Shown here piece after piece: positions 44,986 to 53,968 of a stretch of 64,000 bases of DNA. Below the pieces are notes generated by a model. The model was given only the letters and a program-made list of their open reading frames with translations, had not been told where the DNA came from and searched no databases. Numbering within the stretch: position 1 is the first letter of the stretch; each line of letters opens with the position of its first letter. The stretch lies in contig DASXED010000032.1 in the NCBI GenBank assembly GCA_036490295.1, positions 2,060 through 66,059 of the forward strand, in the 5' to 3' direction. The position numbers and the translations under genes were made by a program. Source of the stretch: Verrucomicrobiia bacterium. Lineage in GTDB: Bacteria > Verrucomicrobiota > Verrucomicrobiia > Limisphaerales > UBA11358.

Positions 44986-45437
44986 TTGGGTGGCGCGGGG
45001 GCTACACCGCCGTAGCCCAAGCCGTTCAAGCCTCCTGCTGCCGCGCCAATGGTTGCACCGGCTGTCAAACCACCCATTGCTCCACCCCAGCCAGCATAAA
45101 GAGAATCATGCAAGGCGGACGGGTCTGCTTTGCCGACGTAAAGAATGTTCGCTTGAAGAATATAAAAGGCGTCCTGCGGATTAGAGACAAGTGCGTAACC
45201 GTTGGCTTCAAGTTTTTGTTTGAGAAGCGCCTCAATGCTGACGTCTTTGTCCGACGTGTTTTTAACTTGAACAAAAATGGTGTTGGTCTGACGTTTTTCA
45301 ACGTCGAGGAAAACGGTTGCCGACATTTTGGTCTGCACGTCGAGGTCTTTGTGTTCAAGAGCGACTTCAGTAGCGGCACAGCCCGCAAGAAGTGGGAGCA
45401 TAAGAAATGCGGACAATGTTTTGAGAATTGTTTTCAT
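44970..45437 (-). CDS. traT: TraT-like surface-exclusion/complement-resistance lipoprotein, C-terminally truncated
   Basis: 155 aa with the lipobox LLAGC. The sequence LEHKDLDVQTKMSATVFLD...IFVQVKNTSDKDVS...YILQANILY parallels enterobacterial TraT as I remember it. The stop codon lies inside a repeat unit. Confidence 0.7.
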   Translation of the reverse strand: MKTILKTLSAFLMLPLLAGCAATEVALEHKDLDVQTKMSATVFLDVEKRQTNTIFVQVKNTSDKDVSIEALLKQKLEANGYALVSNPQDAFYILQANILYVGKADPSALHDSLYAGWGGAMGGLTAGATIGAAAGGLNGLGYGGVAPAPPKTKAP

Positions 45438-45450
45438 ATTCGTGCAAGGT

Positions 45451-45711
45451 TCACTTTTGATATTCCTTCATCTTTTCGGCCATTTTAGTTGCCATCAATT
45501 CAGCGTGCCGTTCCAGCATTTCTCGCTTGTAAGTGAATCCGGCATGGCCGACAGCCAACGCCCAAAATACGACGCCAACTATGAAGAGAACGATAGTGGC
45601 CGCGAAAAGAACTGCCATGCCATAAAGTATTGAATTGAGAATGAAGCCGCCCCATTTCTTGCGAGCCAAAAAATAGACGGGTGGAGCGAAGATTATGCAG
45701 AGATACATCAT
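45451..45711 (-). CDS. small two-TM membrane protein (possibly superinfection-immunity-like)
   Basis: 86 aa, ending 13 nt upstream of the traT-like gene. The pattern FAPPVYFLARKKWGGFILNSIL weakly recalls the Imm superinfection family. Confidence 0.45.
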   Translation of the reverse strand: MMYLCIIFAPPVYFLARKKWGGFILNSILYGMAVLFAATIVLFIVGVVFWALAVGHAGFTYKREMLERHAELMATKMAEKMKEYQK

Positions 45712-45827
45712 ACAATTGCCTTTCTTTTTTGATTATTGGTTATGCCAACAAGTCTGCCTGATTAACGCTGGCTATACTTGACCATAGCAAAGTAACTGTC
45801 AAGCAAAAAGTTTGCAATGCTTCATAT

Positions 45828-46079
45828 GTGCCTGACATTGGACAATATGAAGCTATTCGCGCAGAAATCGTGCGGCTTTTGCGGAAAGAGCGTGAACGCC
45901 GGAAACTTTCAAAATATGTAATATCGCAGCGTTCCGGCGTGTCTCAATCAATGTTGAGCTTGGTTGAACGCGGACTTCGCAATCCAACGATGGAACTTAT
46001 GCTTCGGATTGCCGATGGCGTTGGAGCCGATTTGCCGACGCTCATCAAAAAGGCGCAAGGCGCAAAAAAGAAGTGCTAA
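45828..46079 (+). CDS. XRE-family helix-turn-helix transcriptional regulator
   Basis: 83 aa with an HTH (LSKYVISQRSGVSQSMLSLVERGLRNPTMELMLRIADGVG). It is divergent from the membrane-protein/TraT pair. Confidence 0.8.
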   Translation: MPDIGQYEAIRAEIVRLLRKERERRKLSKYVISQRSGVSQSMLSLVERGLRNPTMELMLRIADGVGADLPTLIKKAQGAKKKC

Positions 46080-46111
46080 ATATTATTTCAAGAAATTTCG
46101 CAAGTTTTCAT

Positions 46112-46189
46112 AATTCCAAAGTTTCACAAGGCACATCCTGCGCGGCGAGCTGGAGCCGGATACGCGTCGCGCTGATGCGGTGATTCTTC
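46112..46189 (-). repeat. direct-repeat copy: diverged duplicate of the MBL-hydrolase gene 3' coding end (remnant)
   Basis: It aligns with 46723-46800 with about 6-8 mismatches. It still reads HRISATRIRLQLAAQDVPCETLEL-stop, against HHIGATHVRLQLAAQDVPCETLEL-stop in the intact gene. Confidence 0.85.
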
Positions 46190-46192
46190 ATT

Positions 46193-46447
46193 TCACCGAT
46201 AAACTTCCCGGCGATGTCGCACGCGATGCACGCGCACCACGCGGATGACATCCGCTATTTCGTAAATCACGCGATAGTCGCCGACGCGAATGCGCCAGTC
46301 GTTTTCTGTTCCTGCAAGTTTCCGGCAGCCAGATGGCCGTGGATTCTGCGCGAGCTTTTGAATTGCAGTGATGATGCGGTCGTGAAGGTCGTGCGCGAGC
46401 CGTCCCAAATCCTTTTCGGCGGAGCGTTCGAGCAGGATTTTATACAC
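46193..46447 (-). CDS. relE: type II toxin, RelE/ParE family
   Basis: 84 aa. WRIRVGDYRVIYEIADVIRVVRVHRVRHRREVY is a classic RelE/ParE C-terminus. It overlaps the antitoxin gene by 8 nt. Confidence 0.86.
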   Translation of the reverse strand: MYKILLERSAEKDLGRLAHDLHDRIITAIQKLAQNPRPSGCRKLAGTENDWRIRVGDYRVIYEIADVIRVVRVHRVRHRREVYR

Positions 46448-46643
46448 GTTCGGATTTTTGCTCCGTCAAATAATCCGCCAGCGGGCGGTAACGCAGCGGT
46501 TTCCGGCGCGCTTGCTTGAGCCACGCAACGTCATCGGCGTCTTCCGCGCGCTCGATCAATTCCTCGTAATCCTTGATCGGCAAAATCACAGACACGGGCT
46601 TGCCTTTGCGGGTCACGATTTCTGGTTCGGCTAAAATTGACAT
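46440..46643 (-). CDS. phd: type II antitoxin, Phd/YefM-like
   Basis: 67 aa. The N-terminus IVTRKGKPVSVILPIKDYEELIE is typical of Phd/YefM-type antitoxins. Confidence 0.78.
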   Translation of the reverse strand: MSILAEPEIVTRKGKPVSVILPIKDYEELIERAEDADDVAWLKQARRKPLRYRPLADYLTEQKSERV

Positions 46644-46718
46644 GATGTTAAATTACTTTTCAATTTCCATCGTTTCGCCGCCGTTGCCAAGTTATTTTTG
46701 CGGCCAAAACAATTTCAT

Positions 46719-47555
46719 TCACAATTCCAAAGTTTCACAAGGCACATCCTGCGCGGCAAGCTGGAGCCGGACGTGCGTCGCGCCGATGTGATGGAGCTGC
46801 TCGGCCATGACGTGTTGCGCGAGTTCGGGCTTGTTGCATTCGCGGCTCAAGTGGGCGAGGTAAAGATATTTCAATTCCGCAGACATGATTTGCGCGGCGG
46901 CCTCGGCGGCGGCCACGTTCGAGAGATGGCCGTGGCGTCCGAGGATGCGCTGCTTGAGCGGCCACGCGCGGCGCGGACAATCCTGCAGCATCTTCACGTC
47001 GTGGTTGGATTCGAGGACGAGGACGTTCGCGGCGCGGATGCGATCCAACACGAGCTTGGTGGTGTGGCCAAGGTCGGTGGCAAAACCAATGTTGCCGCGC
47101 GCGGTGCGCAAAAGAAATCCGACGGGGTCTTGCGCGTCGTGCGGGATGGAAAAGGTTTCGATGAGAATGTCGGCGATTTCAAAACTGCCGCCGGTGGTGA
47201 ACAACTGCCAGTCGATTTTGGATTTGAACGTGTCGGCGGCTTCGAGGGCGAGATTGGTTTTCTTGCTCCATTTGTTTTTGAAGGTCCAGATGGTGGCGTC
47301 CTGTGTGTCGCGGTTGCAATAGACAGGGATGTGAAATTTGTCGGCGATGCCGAGCAGCCCGGCGATGTGGTCGCTGTGTTCGTGCGTAATTAAAATTGCC
47401 GTCAGATTTTCCGGCGTCCGTCCGATTGAAGCGAGGCGCGTGCGGATTTGGCGCGGGGAAAATCCCGCGTCAATCAGAACGCGGCAGTTTTCGGTTTCGA
47501 CATAGGCGCAATTGCCGGACGAACCGCTGCCGAGGATGGTGAATTTGACGGACAC
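46719..47555 (-). CDS. MBL-fold metallo-hydrolase (YycJ-like)
   Basis: 278 aa with ILGSGSSGN and the HEHSDH metal motif. Confidence 0.88.
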   Translation of the reverse strand: MSVKFTILGSGSSGNCAYVETENCRVLIDAGFSPRQIRTRLASIGRTPENLTAILITHEHSDHIAGLLGIADKFHIPVYCNRDTQDATIWTFKNKWSKKTNLALEAADTFKSKIDWQLFTTGGSFEIADILIETFSIPHDAQDPVGFLLRTARGNIGFATDLGHTTKLVLDRIRAANVLVLESNHDVKMLQDCPRRAWPLKQRILGRHGHLSNVAAAEAAAQIMSAELKYLYLAHLSRECNKPELAQHVMAEQLHHIGATHVRLQLAAQDVPCETLEL

Positions 47556-47689
47556 AAAAGGAAATTAAAGCGGAAAGCGGAAAGCGGAAAGCGGAAAACG
47601 CGCGGGCAAACATTTTTCACCGTAGAGGAGCGGAGAAAATCAGTTTGCGCGGAATTTGACGGCTGGCGCGAAGTCTGCGAAAATACGGC

Positions 47690-50600
47690 GTGATTCAGAC
47701 CGGCGCGTTCAAATTTCAACGATTGTTTTTTGCGGCAGGCATTGTTGCCGCGCTGTTTTTTTCATCCGGCGCGTCGGCGCAAACGTCGTCGAGGAAATTT
47801 TTGCGCGGCCACGTGCCGTCGGCGATTGCGAATTTCAATTTGCAACCGGTTGAACGTCTGCCCGCGACGAACAGCCTGAACCTGGCCATCGGCCTGCCGT
47901 TGAGAAACCGGGACGCGCTGGACAAACTGCTCCGGGAAATTTACGACCCGGCGAGTCCGAATTTTCATCATTACCTGACGCCGGAGGAATTCACGGAAAA
48001 TTTTGGCCCGACGGAAAATGATTACCAGCGGGTCATTGATTTTGCAGAAGCCAATGGCTTGAAAGTGACGCGCACCTATCCGAATCGCGTCGTGCTGGAT
48101 GTGAACGGCCCGGTCACCAGCATTGAAAAGGCGTTTCAAGTGAACATGAATGTTTACCAGCATCCGACAAAAAACCGCACATTCTTCGCGCCGGATGTGG
48201 AGCCGTCGGTGGATTCGGATGTTCCGATACTGGACATCAGCGGCTTGAATAATTTTGCGCCGCCACATCCGAATTTGCAGCCGAAGCCGATGAATCAGTT
48301 GGCGAATGTCACGGCCAAGTCGGGTTCGGGACCGTTCGGCAATTACTGGGGAAATGATTTCAGAAGCGCCTATGTGCCGGACACTTCGCTCGCCGGTTAC
48401 GGGCAGGCACTGGGCTTGCTGGAATTTGACGGCTTTTATTCCAACGACATTGTGTCTTACGAAAACCAGTCGGGGCTGCCGGTGGTTCCGTTGCAAACGA
48501 ATTTATTGGACGCAGTCAGCGGAAGTCCTGGGTTCAGCGGAATTGCCAACGCGGTGGTCGAAGTGTCGCTGGATATTGAAGTGGCGGTTGCGATGGCGCC
48601 GGGCTTGTCGAAAGTGATCATTTATGAAGGCGCGGCTGCAAACGACATATTAAGCCAGATGGCCAGCGACAATCAGGCCAAGCAATTGAGCACTTCCTGG
48701 AGCTGGGACACGACCACCAACGCGACGACGGATCAGTTGTTTCAACAATTTGCGGCGCAAGGGCAATCGTTCTTCGACGCTTCCGGCGACAGCGATGCTT
48801 ATCCCGCCGGCACCGCCACCGGCGAGCCGAATGACAATCCTTACATAACAATTGTCGGCGGCACAACCTTGACGACGAGCGGTGAATCATGGTCGTCGGA
48901 AACCGCGTGGAACTGGGGTTTTGTTTCGAGCGCTGGCGCTGACATTGGCACCAGCGGCGGAGTCAGCACCTTTTACAAAATTCCAAGCTGGCAGACAAAC
49001 GCCAATCCCGCCGCCGCTGGCGGTTCGGCGGTGAAACGAAACATTCCGGACGTGGCGCTGACCGCCGACAACGTCTGGGTCATTTACGGCAACGGCCAGA
49101 TTGCCTCGGTTGGCGGCACGAGCATCGCCACGCCGCTTTGGGCGGGATTCACCGCATTGGTCAACGAGCAATCCGTCTCGGCGGGCAGGTCAACGGTCGG
49201 TTTCATCAACCCGGCCATTTACGCAATCGCCGCCGGGACAAATTACGCCGCCGATTTTCACGACATCACGACCGGCAACAACACGAACAGCGCCAGCCCG
49301 GCCAAATTTTTCGCCGGCGCCGGCTACGACCTTTGCACCGGCTTGGGAACGCCTGCCGGACAAAATCTGATCACCGGCCTGGCCGGGCCGCCCGATCCGC
49401 TGGGAATCACGCCGGCAGCCGACTTTGCCGCGAGCGGGCCGATTGGCGGCCCGTTTAGCGCGACGAACTGGAATTTTTCACTGACCAATTTGGGAACGGC
49501 TTCATTGAATTGGACGCTGGCCAGCACGACATCGTGGCTTCAGGCCTCGTCGTCCGGCGGCGCGCTGTCGCCCGGCGATCCTGCAACCACGATCACGGTG
49601 AGTTTGAATGCCGCCGCCAATAATCTGCCCGTGGGAATTTACAACGCGACCATTTGGTTCACCAATCAAACGAGCGGCGTCGTGCAAAGCCGCCATTTCA
49701 CATTGCAGGCAATTCAGCCGCTGGCCGTTTCGCCGGCAACGGGCTTTGCCGCCGTCGGCGCGGTAGGCGGGCCGTTCAACGTGACGTCGCAAGACTTTTC
49801 ATTGACCAACATCGGCGGTGCGACGCTGAATTGGGGCGTCATCAACACGTCGCTTTGGCTCAATGCCGCGTCCAGCGGCGGCACATTGACGCCGGGTGGA
49901 AACGACATGGTCACGGTGAGCTTAAATTCTGCGGCCAACAATCTGGCTGCGGGAATTTACAACGCGACGATATGGTTCACCAATCAGACGGCGGGCGGCG
50001 CGCAGGCCGAGCAGTTTCAATTGCTGGTGGGGCAGCCGCTGGTTCAAAACGGCGGATTTGAAACCGGCGATTTCACCGGCTGGACGCTGGTCGGTGACGG
50101 CGGAAACATCAACTTCGTCACCGGTTCATTTCGCATTGCCCGCAACGACAATTTCACGCCTCATTCCGGCAACTATGCCGCCGCGCTGGGCGAACCTTCC
50201 ACGCTCGCCTACCTTTCCCAGACGCTGCCGACGGTTGCCGGCCAGCTTTATTTGATTTCCTTGTGGATGGACAGTCCCGACGGCCAGACGCCAAACGAAT
50301 TCAGCGTGAGTTGGAATGGAAACACGCTTTTCGATCTCGTGAACGCGGGAAAACTCGGCTGGACCAATCTGCAATTCACAGTCAAGGCCACCGATTCCAG
50401 CGCCGTCCTTCAATTCGGCGCGAGCGACTACTCAACTTATCTCGGCCTCGATGACGTCAGCGTGACGCCCATTTCAGCGCCAACATTGACCGTGCAGCCA
50501 ACCAACCTGACCGTGTTCGCCGGCAGCAACGCCGTTTTCAGCGCGACGGCCAATGGTTCCGCGCCGCTGGTTTATCATTGGCGCAAAAACGGCGCGAACC

Positions 50601-51979
50601 TCGCCAACGGCGGCAACATTTCCGGCGCAACTACCAATGTGTTGAAAATCACGGCGGCGACGACCAACAACGCCGGCAATTACGATCTCGTCGTGACCAA
50701 CGCCTACGGCTCCGTCACCAGCAGCGTGGCGGCGCTGACGATCGCCCTTCCGCCGACGATAACCGGTTCGCTGACAAACCAGACCGTCGAGTGCGGCGGC
50801 AACGCCACGTTTGCGATCACCGCCTCCGGCACGCCGCCGTTGATCTGCCAGTGGAGTTTGAACAACGCGGTCATCAGCGGCGCGACCAACACCAGTTTCT
50901 CATTGTCCGGCGTCCATCCGCCGGGTTACACGATTGGCGTCAGCGTCACCAATCTTTACGGCGGCGTGAGCAGCAACGCGACGTTGACGGTTCACGACAC
51001 GACCGCGCCGATGATCACATTGAATGGCGGCAATCCGATTTATCTTGAACTGGGCAACGCATTCACCGACCCCGGCGCGACGGCCAGCGACGTTTGCGCG
51101 GGTCCGGTTCCTGTTTCCACCAGCGGAACTGTCAATGTCAACGCGGTCGGAACGAACACGCTGACTTACACCGCCGACGACGGCAACGGCAACACCAACA
51201 CCGCCACGCGCACCGTCATCGTGCGCGACACCACGCCGCCGGCGATTTTGTGGAGCTTCACGAATCTGGTTTTGGCGGCGGACACGAATTGCAGCGCGCA
51301 AATGCCGGACGTGACAGGAACAAATTATATTCTCGCAACTGATTTGTCCGGCGCGCTGGCAATTTCGCAAAGTCCGACGAACAATGCGATTTTGCCGCTG
51401 GGAACAAACGTCGTGATTGTCACGGTCACGGATGCTTCGGGCAACGCCGCTTTTTCGACCAACACAATTATCGTTCAGGACCAAACGCCGCCGCAAATTT
51501 TGAGCCAGCCGCAAAGCCTGACGAACCTTGTCGGCACGACCGCGAATTTCAGCGTCGCCGCGACCGCCTGCACGCCGCTCGCATATCAATGGTTTTTCAA
51601 CAGCGGCATTTTGGCCGACCAGACCAACTACGCGCTGGCGATTGTCTTTGCAAGCGCCACCAATGCCGGAAATTATTCCGTGGTCGCCAGCGCGTCCGGC
51701 AGTTCCACCACCAGCATCGTCGCCACGTTGACGGTGAATCTGATTCCGCCCGGCATCGCCCCGAATCCCGCCATCAACGCCGACGGCAGTTTCATTTTGA
51801 ACCTCACCGGCTCGCCCGGCTACACCTACATTTTGGAAACGACGACCAATCTTTCGTCGTCAGCCAATTGGCGGCCCGTCGTCACCAACACGCTCGGCAC
51901 CAACGGCGTCTGGCAATTCAACGACACGCAAGCGACCAATTTCCTGCAACGGTTTTACCGCCTCAAGTTTGAGCAATAA
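47690..51979 (+). CDS. secreted sedolisin (peptidase S53) with pro-kumamolisin activation domain and multiple Ig-like/HYR-like domains
   Basis: 1429 aa with a GTG start and a signal peptide. The pro-domain has LSLAIGLPLRNRDALDKLLREIYDPASPNFHHYLTPEEF. The catalytic Ser context is VGGTSIATPLWAG. Long C-terminal Ig-like repeats follow. Confidence 0.85.
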   Translation: MIQTGAFKFQRLFFAAGIVAALFFSSGASAQTSSRKFLRGHVPSAIANFNLQPVERLPATNSLNLAIGLPLRNRDALDKLLREIYDPASPNFHHYLTPEEFTENFGPTENDYQRVIDFAEANGLKVTRTYPNRVVLDVNGPVTSIEKAFQVNMNVYQHPTKNRTFFAPDVEPSVDSDVPILDISGLNNFAPPHPNLQPKPMNQLANVTAKSGSGPFGNYWGNDFRSAYVPDTSLAGYGQALGLLEFDGFYSNDIVSYENQSGLPVVPLQTNLLDAVSGSPGFSGIANAVVEVSLDIEVAVAMAPGLSKVIIYEGAAANDILSQMASDNQAKQLSTSWSWDTTTNATTDQLFQQFAAQGQSFFDASGDSDAYPAGTATGEPNDNPYITIVGGTTLTTSGESWSSETAWNWGFVSSAGADIGTSGGVSTFYKIPSWQTNANPAAAGGSAVKRNIPDVALTADNVWVIYGNGQIASVGGTSIATPLWAGFTALVNEQSVSAGRSTVGFINPAIYAIAAGTNYAADFHDITTGNNTNSASPAKFFAGAGYDLCTGLGTPAGQNLITGLAGPPDPLGITPAADFAASGPIGGPFSATNWNFSLTNLGTASLNWTLASTTSWLQASSSGGALSPGDPATTITVSLNAAANNLPVGIYNATIWFTNQTSGVVQSRHFTLQAIQPLAVSPATGFAAVGAVGGPFNVTSQDFSLTNIGGATLNWGVINTSLWLNAASSGGTLTPGGNDMVTVSLNSAANNLAAGIYNATIWFTNQTAGGAQAEQFQLLVGQPLVQNGGFETGDFTGWTLVGDGGNINFVTGSFRIARNDNFTPHSGNYAAALGEPSTLAYLSQTLPTVAGQLYLISLWMDSPDGQTPNEFSVSWNGNTLFDLVNAGKLGWTNLQFTVKATDSSAVLQFGASDYSTYLGLDDVSVTPISAPTLTVQPTNLTVFAGSNAVFSATANGSAPLVYHWRKNGANLANGGNISGATTNVLKITAATTNNAGNYDLVVTNAYGSVTSSVAALTIALPPTITGSLTNQTVECGGNATFAITASGTPPLICQWSLNNAVISGATNTSFSLSGVHPPGYTIGVSVTNLYGGVSSNATLTVHDTTAPMITLNGGNPIYLELGNAFTDPGATASDVCAGPVPVSTSGTVNVNAVGTNTLTYTADDGNGNTNTATRTVIVRDTTPPAILWSFTNLVLAADTNCSAQMPDVTGTNYILATDLSGALAISQSPTNNAILPLGTNVVIVTVTDASGNAAFSTNTIIVQDQTPPQILSQPQSLTNLVGTTANFSVAATACTPLAYQWFFNSGILADQTNYALAIVFASATNAGNYSVVASASGSSTTSIVATLTVNLIPPGIAPNPAINADGSFILNLTGSPGYTYILETTTNLSSSANWRPVVTNTLGTNGVWQFNDTQATNFLQRFYRLKFEQ

Positions 51980-52046
51980 ATTTTGGCGGGGCGGGCATCC
52001 CCGCGAGCCGCTTGCCCCGCGCGTCAAAAAAAAGCAACATGGCCGC

Positions 52047-53468
52047 GTGACCGATTTGCTCCAGCGCGTCGAAAATTCAATCCAAGATCGCAAACTGCTA
52101 AAACGCGGACAAAAAATCCTCGTCGCCGTTTCCGGCGGACTGGACTCGATGGTTTTGCTTCACGCGCTGGAAAAACTTTCCGCGCGGCACAAATGGAAAA
52201 TTGCCATCGCGCATTTCAATCACAAATTGCGCGGACGCGCCAGCGACGCGGATGAAAAGCTCGTCCGCAAAACGGCGGCGGCGATGAAGCTGCCGATTAC
52301 CGCTGAAAGCGCAGATGTGAAATTATTCGCCAAAAAATCAAAGCTTTCAATCGAAATGGCCGCGCGAAAACTGCGCCATGAATTTTTCGTGCGCGCCGCG
52401 CGGGAAAGAAAAATTCAAACCATTGCGCTGGCGCATCACGCGGACGATCAAATCGAACTTTTTTTCCTGCGGCTTTTGCGCGGCGCGGGCGGCGAAGGTT
52501 TGGCGGGAATGAAATGGGAGTCGCCGTCGCCCACCGACAAAACAATTGCACTCGTCCGCCCGCTGCTGGATTTTTCAAAAAACGAACTGGCGGAATTCGC
52601 GCGGAAAAACAAAATCCATTTCCGGGACGACTTGACGAATTTTTCCACCGATTTTTTGCGAAACAGGATTCGTAACGAATTGTTGCCGCTGCTGCGAAAA
52701 GATTATCAGCCGGGTTTGAACAAAACAATTTTACGCGTGATGGAAATCACCGGCGCGGAATCGGAATTTGCTGGCGCAGTGGCACGGGCGGGACGCCCGT
52801 GCGTTTCAAAAAACCGGCCACGCGTGGAATTGGAAACACACGGGCGGGACGCCCGTGCCACTGCGTTTGATTTTGAAAAATCGCCCGTTGCGGTTCAGCG
52901 GCGCGTTTTGCAATCGCAACTTGCGGAACTTGGCGTGATTGCGGATTTTGAATTGGTTGAACAGCTTCGAGAGACTTCTGAAAAATTTGTGAGCGTCGGT
53001 TCCGGCTTGTCCGTTTCGCGTGACAAGAGCGGCAAATTGAAATTGCGAAAACAGCAATCGGCGGAATTTAACACGCAAGAACTTGAATTGAACCTGTCCG
53101 GCGGAGCGCGCGGCGTGGATTTTGGCGGCATGAAATTAAATTGGCGTTTTATCAGCGGCTCGCGGGGACGCTCGCCCCGCCAAATCGGGCGCGAACTTTT
53201 TGACGCGGATAAAATCGGGAACAAAATCATTTTACGCCACTGGCGCGCGGGCGACCGTTTTCAGCCGATTGGTTTGAAATCGGCAGTGAAGTTGCAGGAT
53301 TTGTTCACGAATGCAAAAATTCCACGCGAACGGCGTCGTGAATTGATTTTGGCGGAAATCATTCGCGGCGAAATTTTTTGGGTGGAAGGTTTGCGGATTT
53401 CCGAAAATTTCAAAATCACGCCGCAGACGAAACGGCGTTTGATTTGGTGTTGGCAAACTCAAGGTTAA
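52047..53468 (+). CDS. tilS: tRNA(Ile)-lysidine synthase
   Basis: It has the PP-loop motif VAVSGGLDS. The start is tentatively placed at the GTG at 52047. The ORF stays open back to 51969, across a GC-rich hairpin region at 51985-52025. It contains a translated palindromic element. Confidence 0.85.
   Translation: MTDLLQRVENSIQDRKLLKRGQKILVAVSGGLDSMVLLHALEKLSARHKWKIAIAHFNHKLRGRASDADEKLVRKTAAAMKLPITAESADVKLFAKKSKLSIEMAARKLRHEFFVRAARERKIQTIALAHHADDQIELFFLRLLRGAGGEGLAGMKWESPSPTDKTIALVRPLLDFSKNELAEFARKNKIHFRDDLTNFSTDFLRNRIRNELLPLLRKDYQPGLNKTILRVMEITGAESEFAGAVARAGRPCVSKNRPRVELETHGRDARATAFDFEKSPVAVQRRVLQSQLAELGVIADFELVEQLRETSEKFVSVGSGLSVSRDKSGKLKLRKQQSAEFNTQELELNLSGGARGVDFGGMKLNWRFISGSRGRSPRQIGRELFDADKIGNKIILRHWRAGDRFQPIGLKSAVKLQDLFTNAKIPRERRRELILAEIIRGEIFWVEGLRISENFKITPQTKRRLIWCWQTQG
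52778..52862. repeat. paired-hairpin palindromic element (GTGGCAC subtype), intragenic in tilS
   Basis: GTGGCACGGGCGGGACGCCCGTG (52779-52801) and CACGGGCGGGACGCCCGTGCCAC (52839-52861). It is translated as VARAGRPCV...THGRDARAT. Confidence 0.85.
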
Positions 53469-53518
53469 TTTGGCTTTACACGGCAATCGCGTTCAATTAA
53501 GTTCTCCTGCTCATAAAT

Positions 53519-53776
53519 ATGGAAGCGAAGACAAAGACGATTGAATCATTCAAGACGCACGCCAAGGACACGGGTTCTGCGGACGTGCAGGTCGCGCTGC
53601 TCACGCATCGCATCAACCATTTGACCGAGCATTTGCAGACCAACAAAAAAGACCACAGCTCGCGCCGCGGGCTGCTGGTGATGGTCAGCCAGCGCCGCCG
53701 CCTGCTCGAATACTTGCAGACCATTGATTTGGGACGCTACCAAACGGTCACGAAGAAGCTGAAGCTGCGCCATTGA
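53519..53776 (+). CDS. rpsO: 30S ribosomal protein S15
   Basis: 85 aa with GSADVQVALLTHRINHLTEHL and RRLLEYL. Confidence 0.95.
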   Translation: MEAKTKTIESFKTHAKDTGSADVQVALLTHRINHLTEHLQTNKKDHSSRRGLLVMVSQRRRLLEYLQTIDLGRYQTVTKKLKLRH

Positions 53777-53968
53777 AATTTTGCGAGGGCGCGGTTTTAT
53801 TTTTCATAGACTGCACTTCGCTTCAGATTTGAGCCGGAAACGCGAACGGCTTAATTCTTCAACCAAATTTCGCGAAAAAGAAAACTCCGTTGCCTCCGAG
53901 TGATTTCATTCAGTCCCGAAAAGTTCGGGATTCACTGAAGTTTCTCCGGCGGCAGCGGGCAGATTAAT

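Noticed and set aside
51969-52046. The tilS ORF extends back to a TTG at 51969, overlapping the sedolisin stop.
   Set aside because: The extension (SNKFWRGGHPREPLAPRVKKKQHGR) is encoded by a GC-rich hairpin region that looks like intergenic repeat or terminator DNA. The GTG at 52047 gives a typical TilS N-terminus. This remains uncertain.
53777-53968. A small hairpin (tcccgaa-aag-ttcggga) in the rpsO-pnp spacer might be a pnp autoregulatory RNase III site.
   Set aside because: The 7-bp stem is too short and unspecific to support that call from sequence alone.
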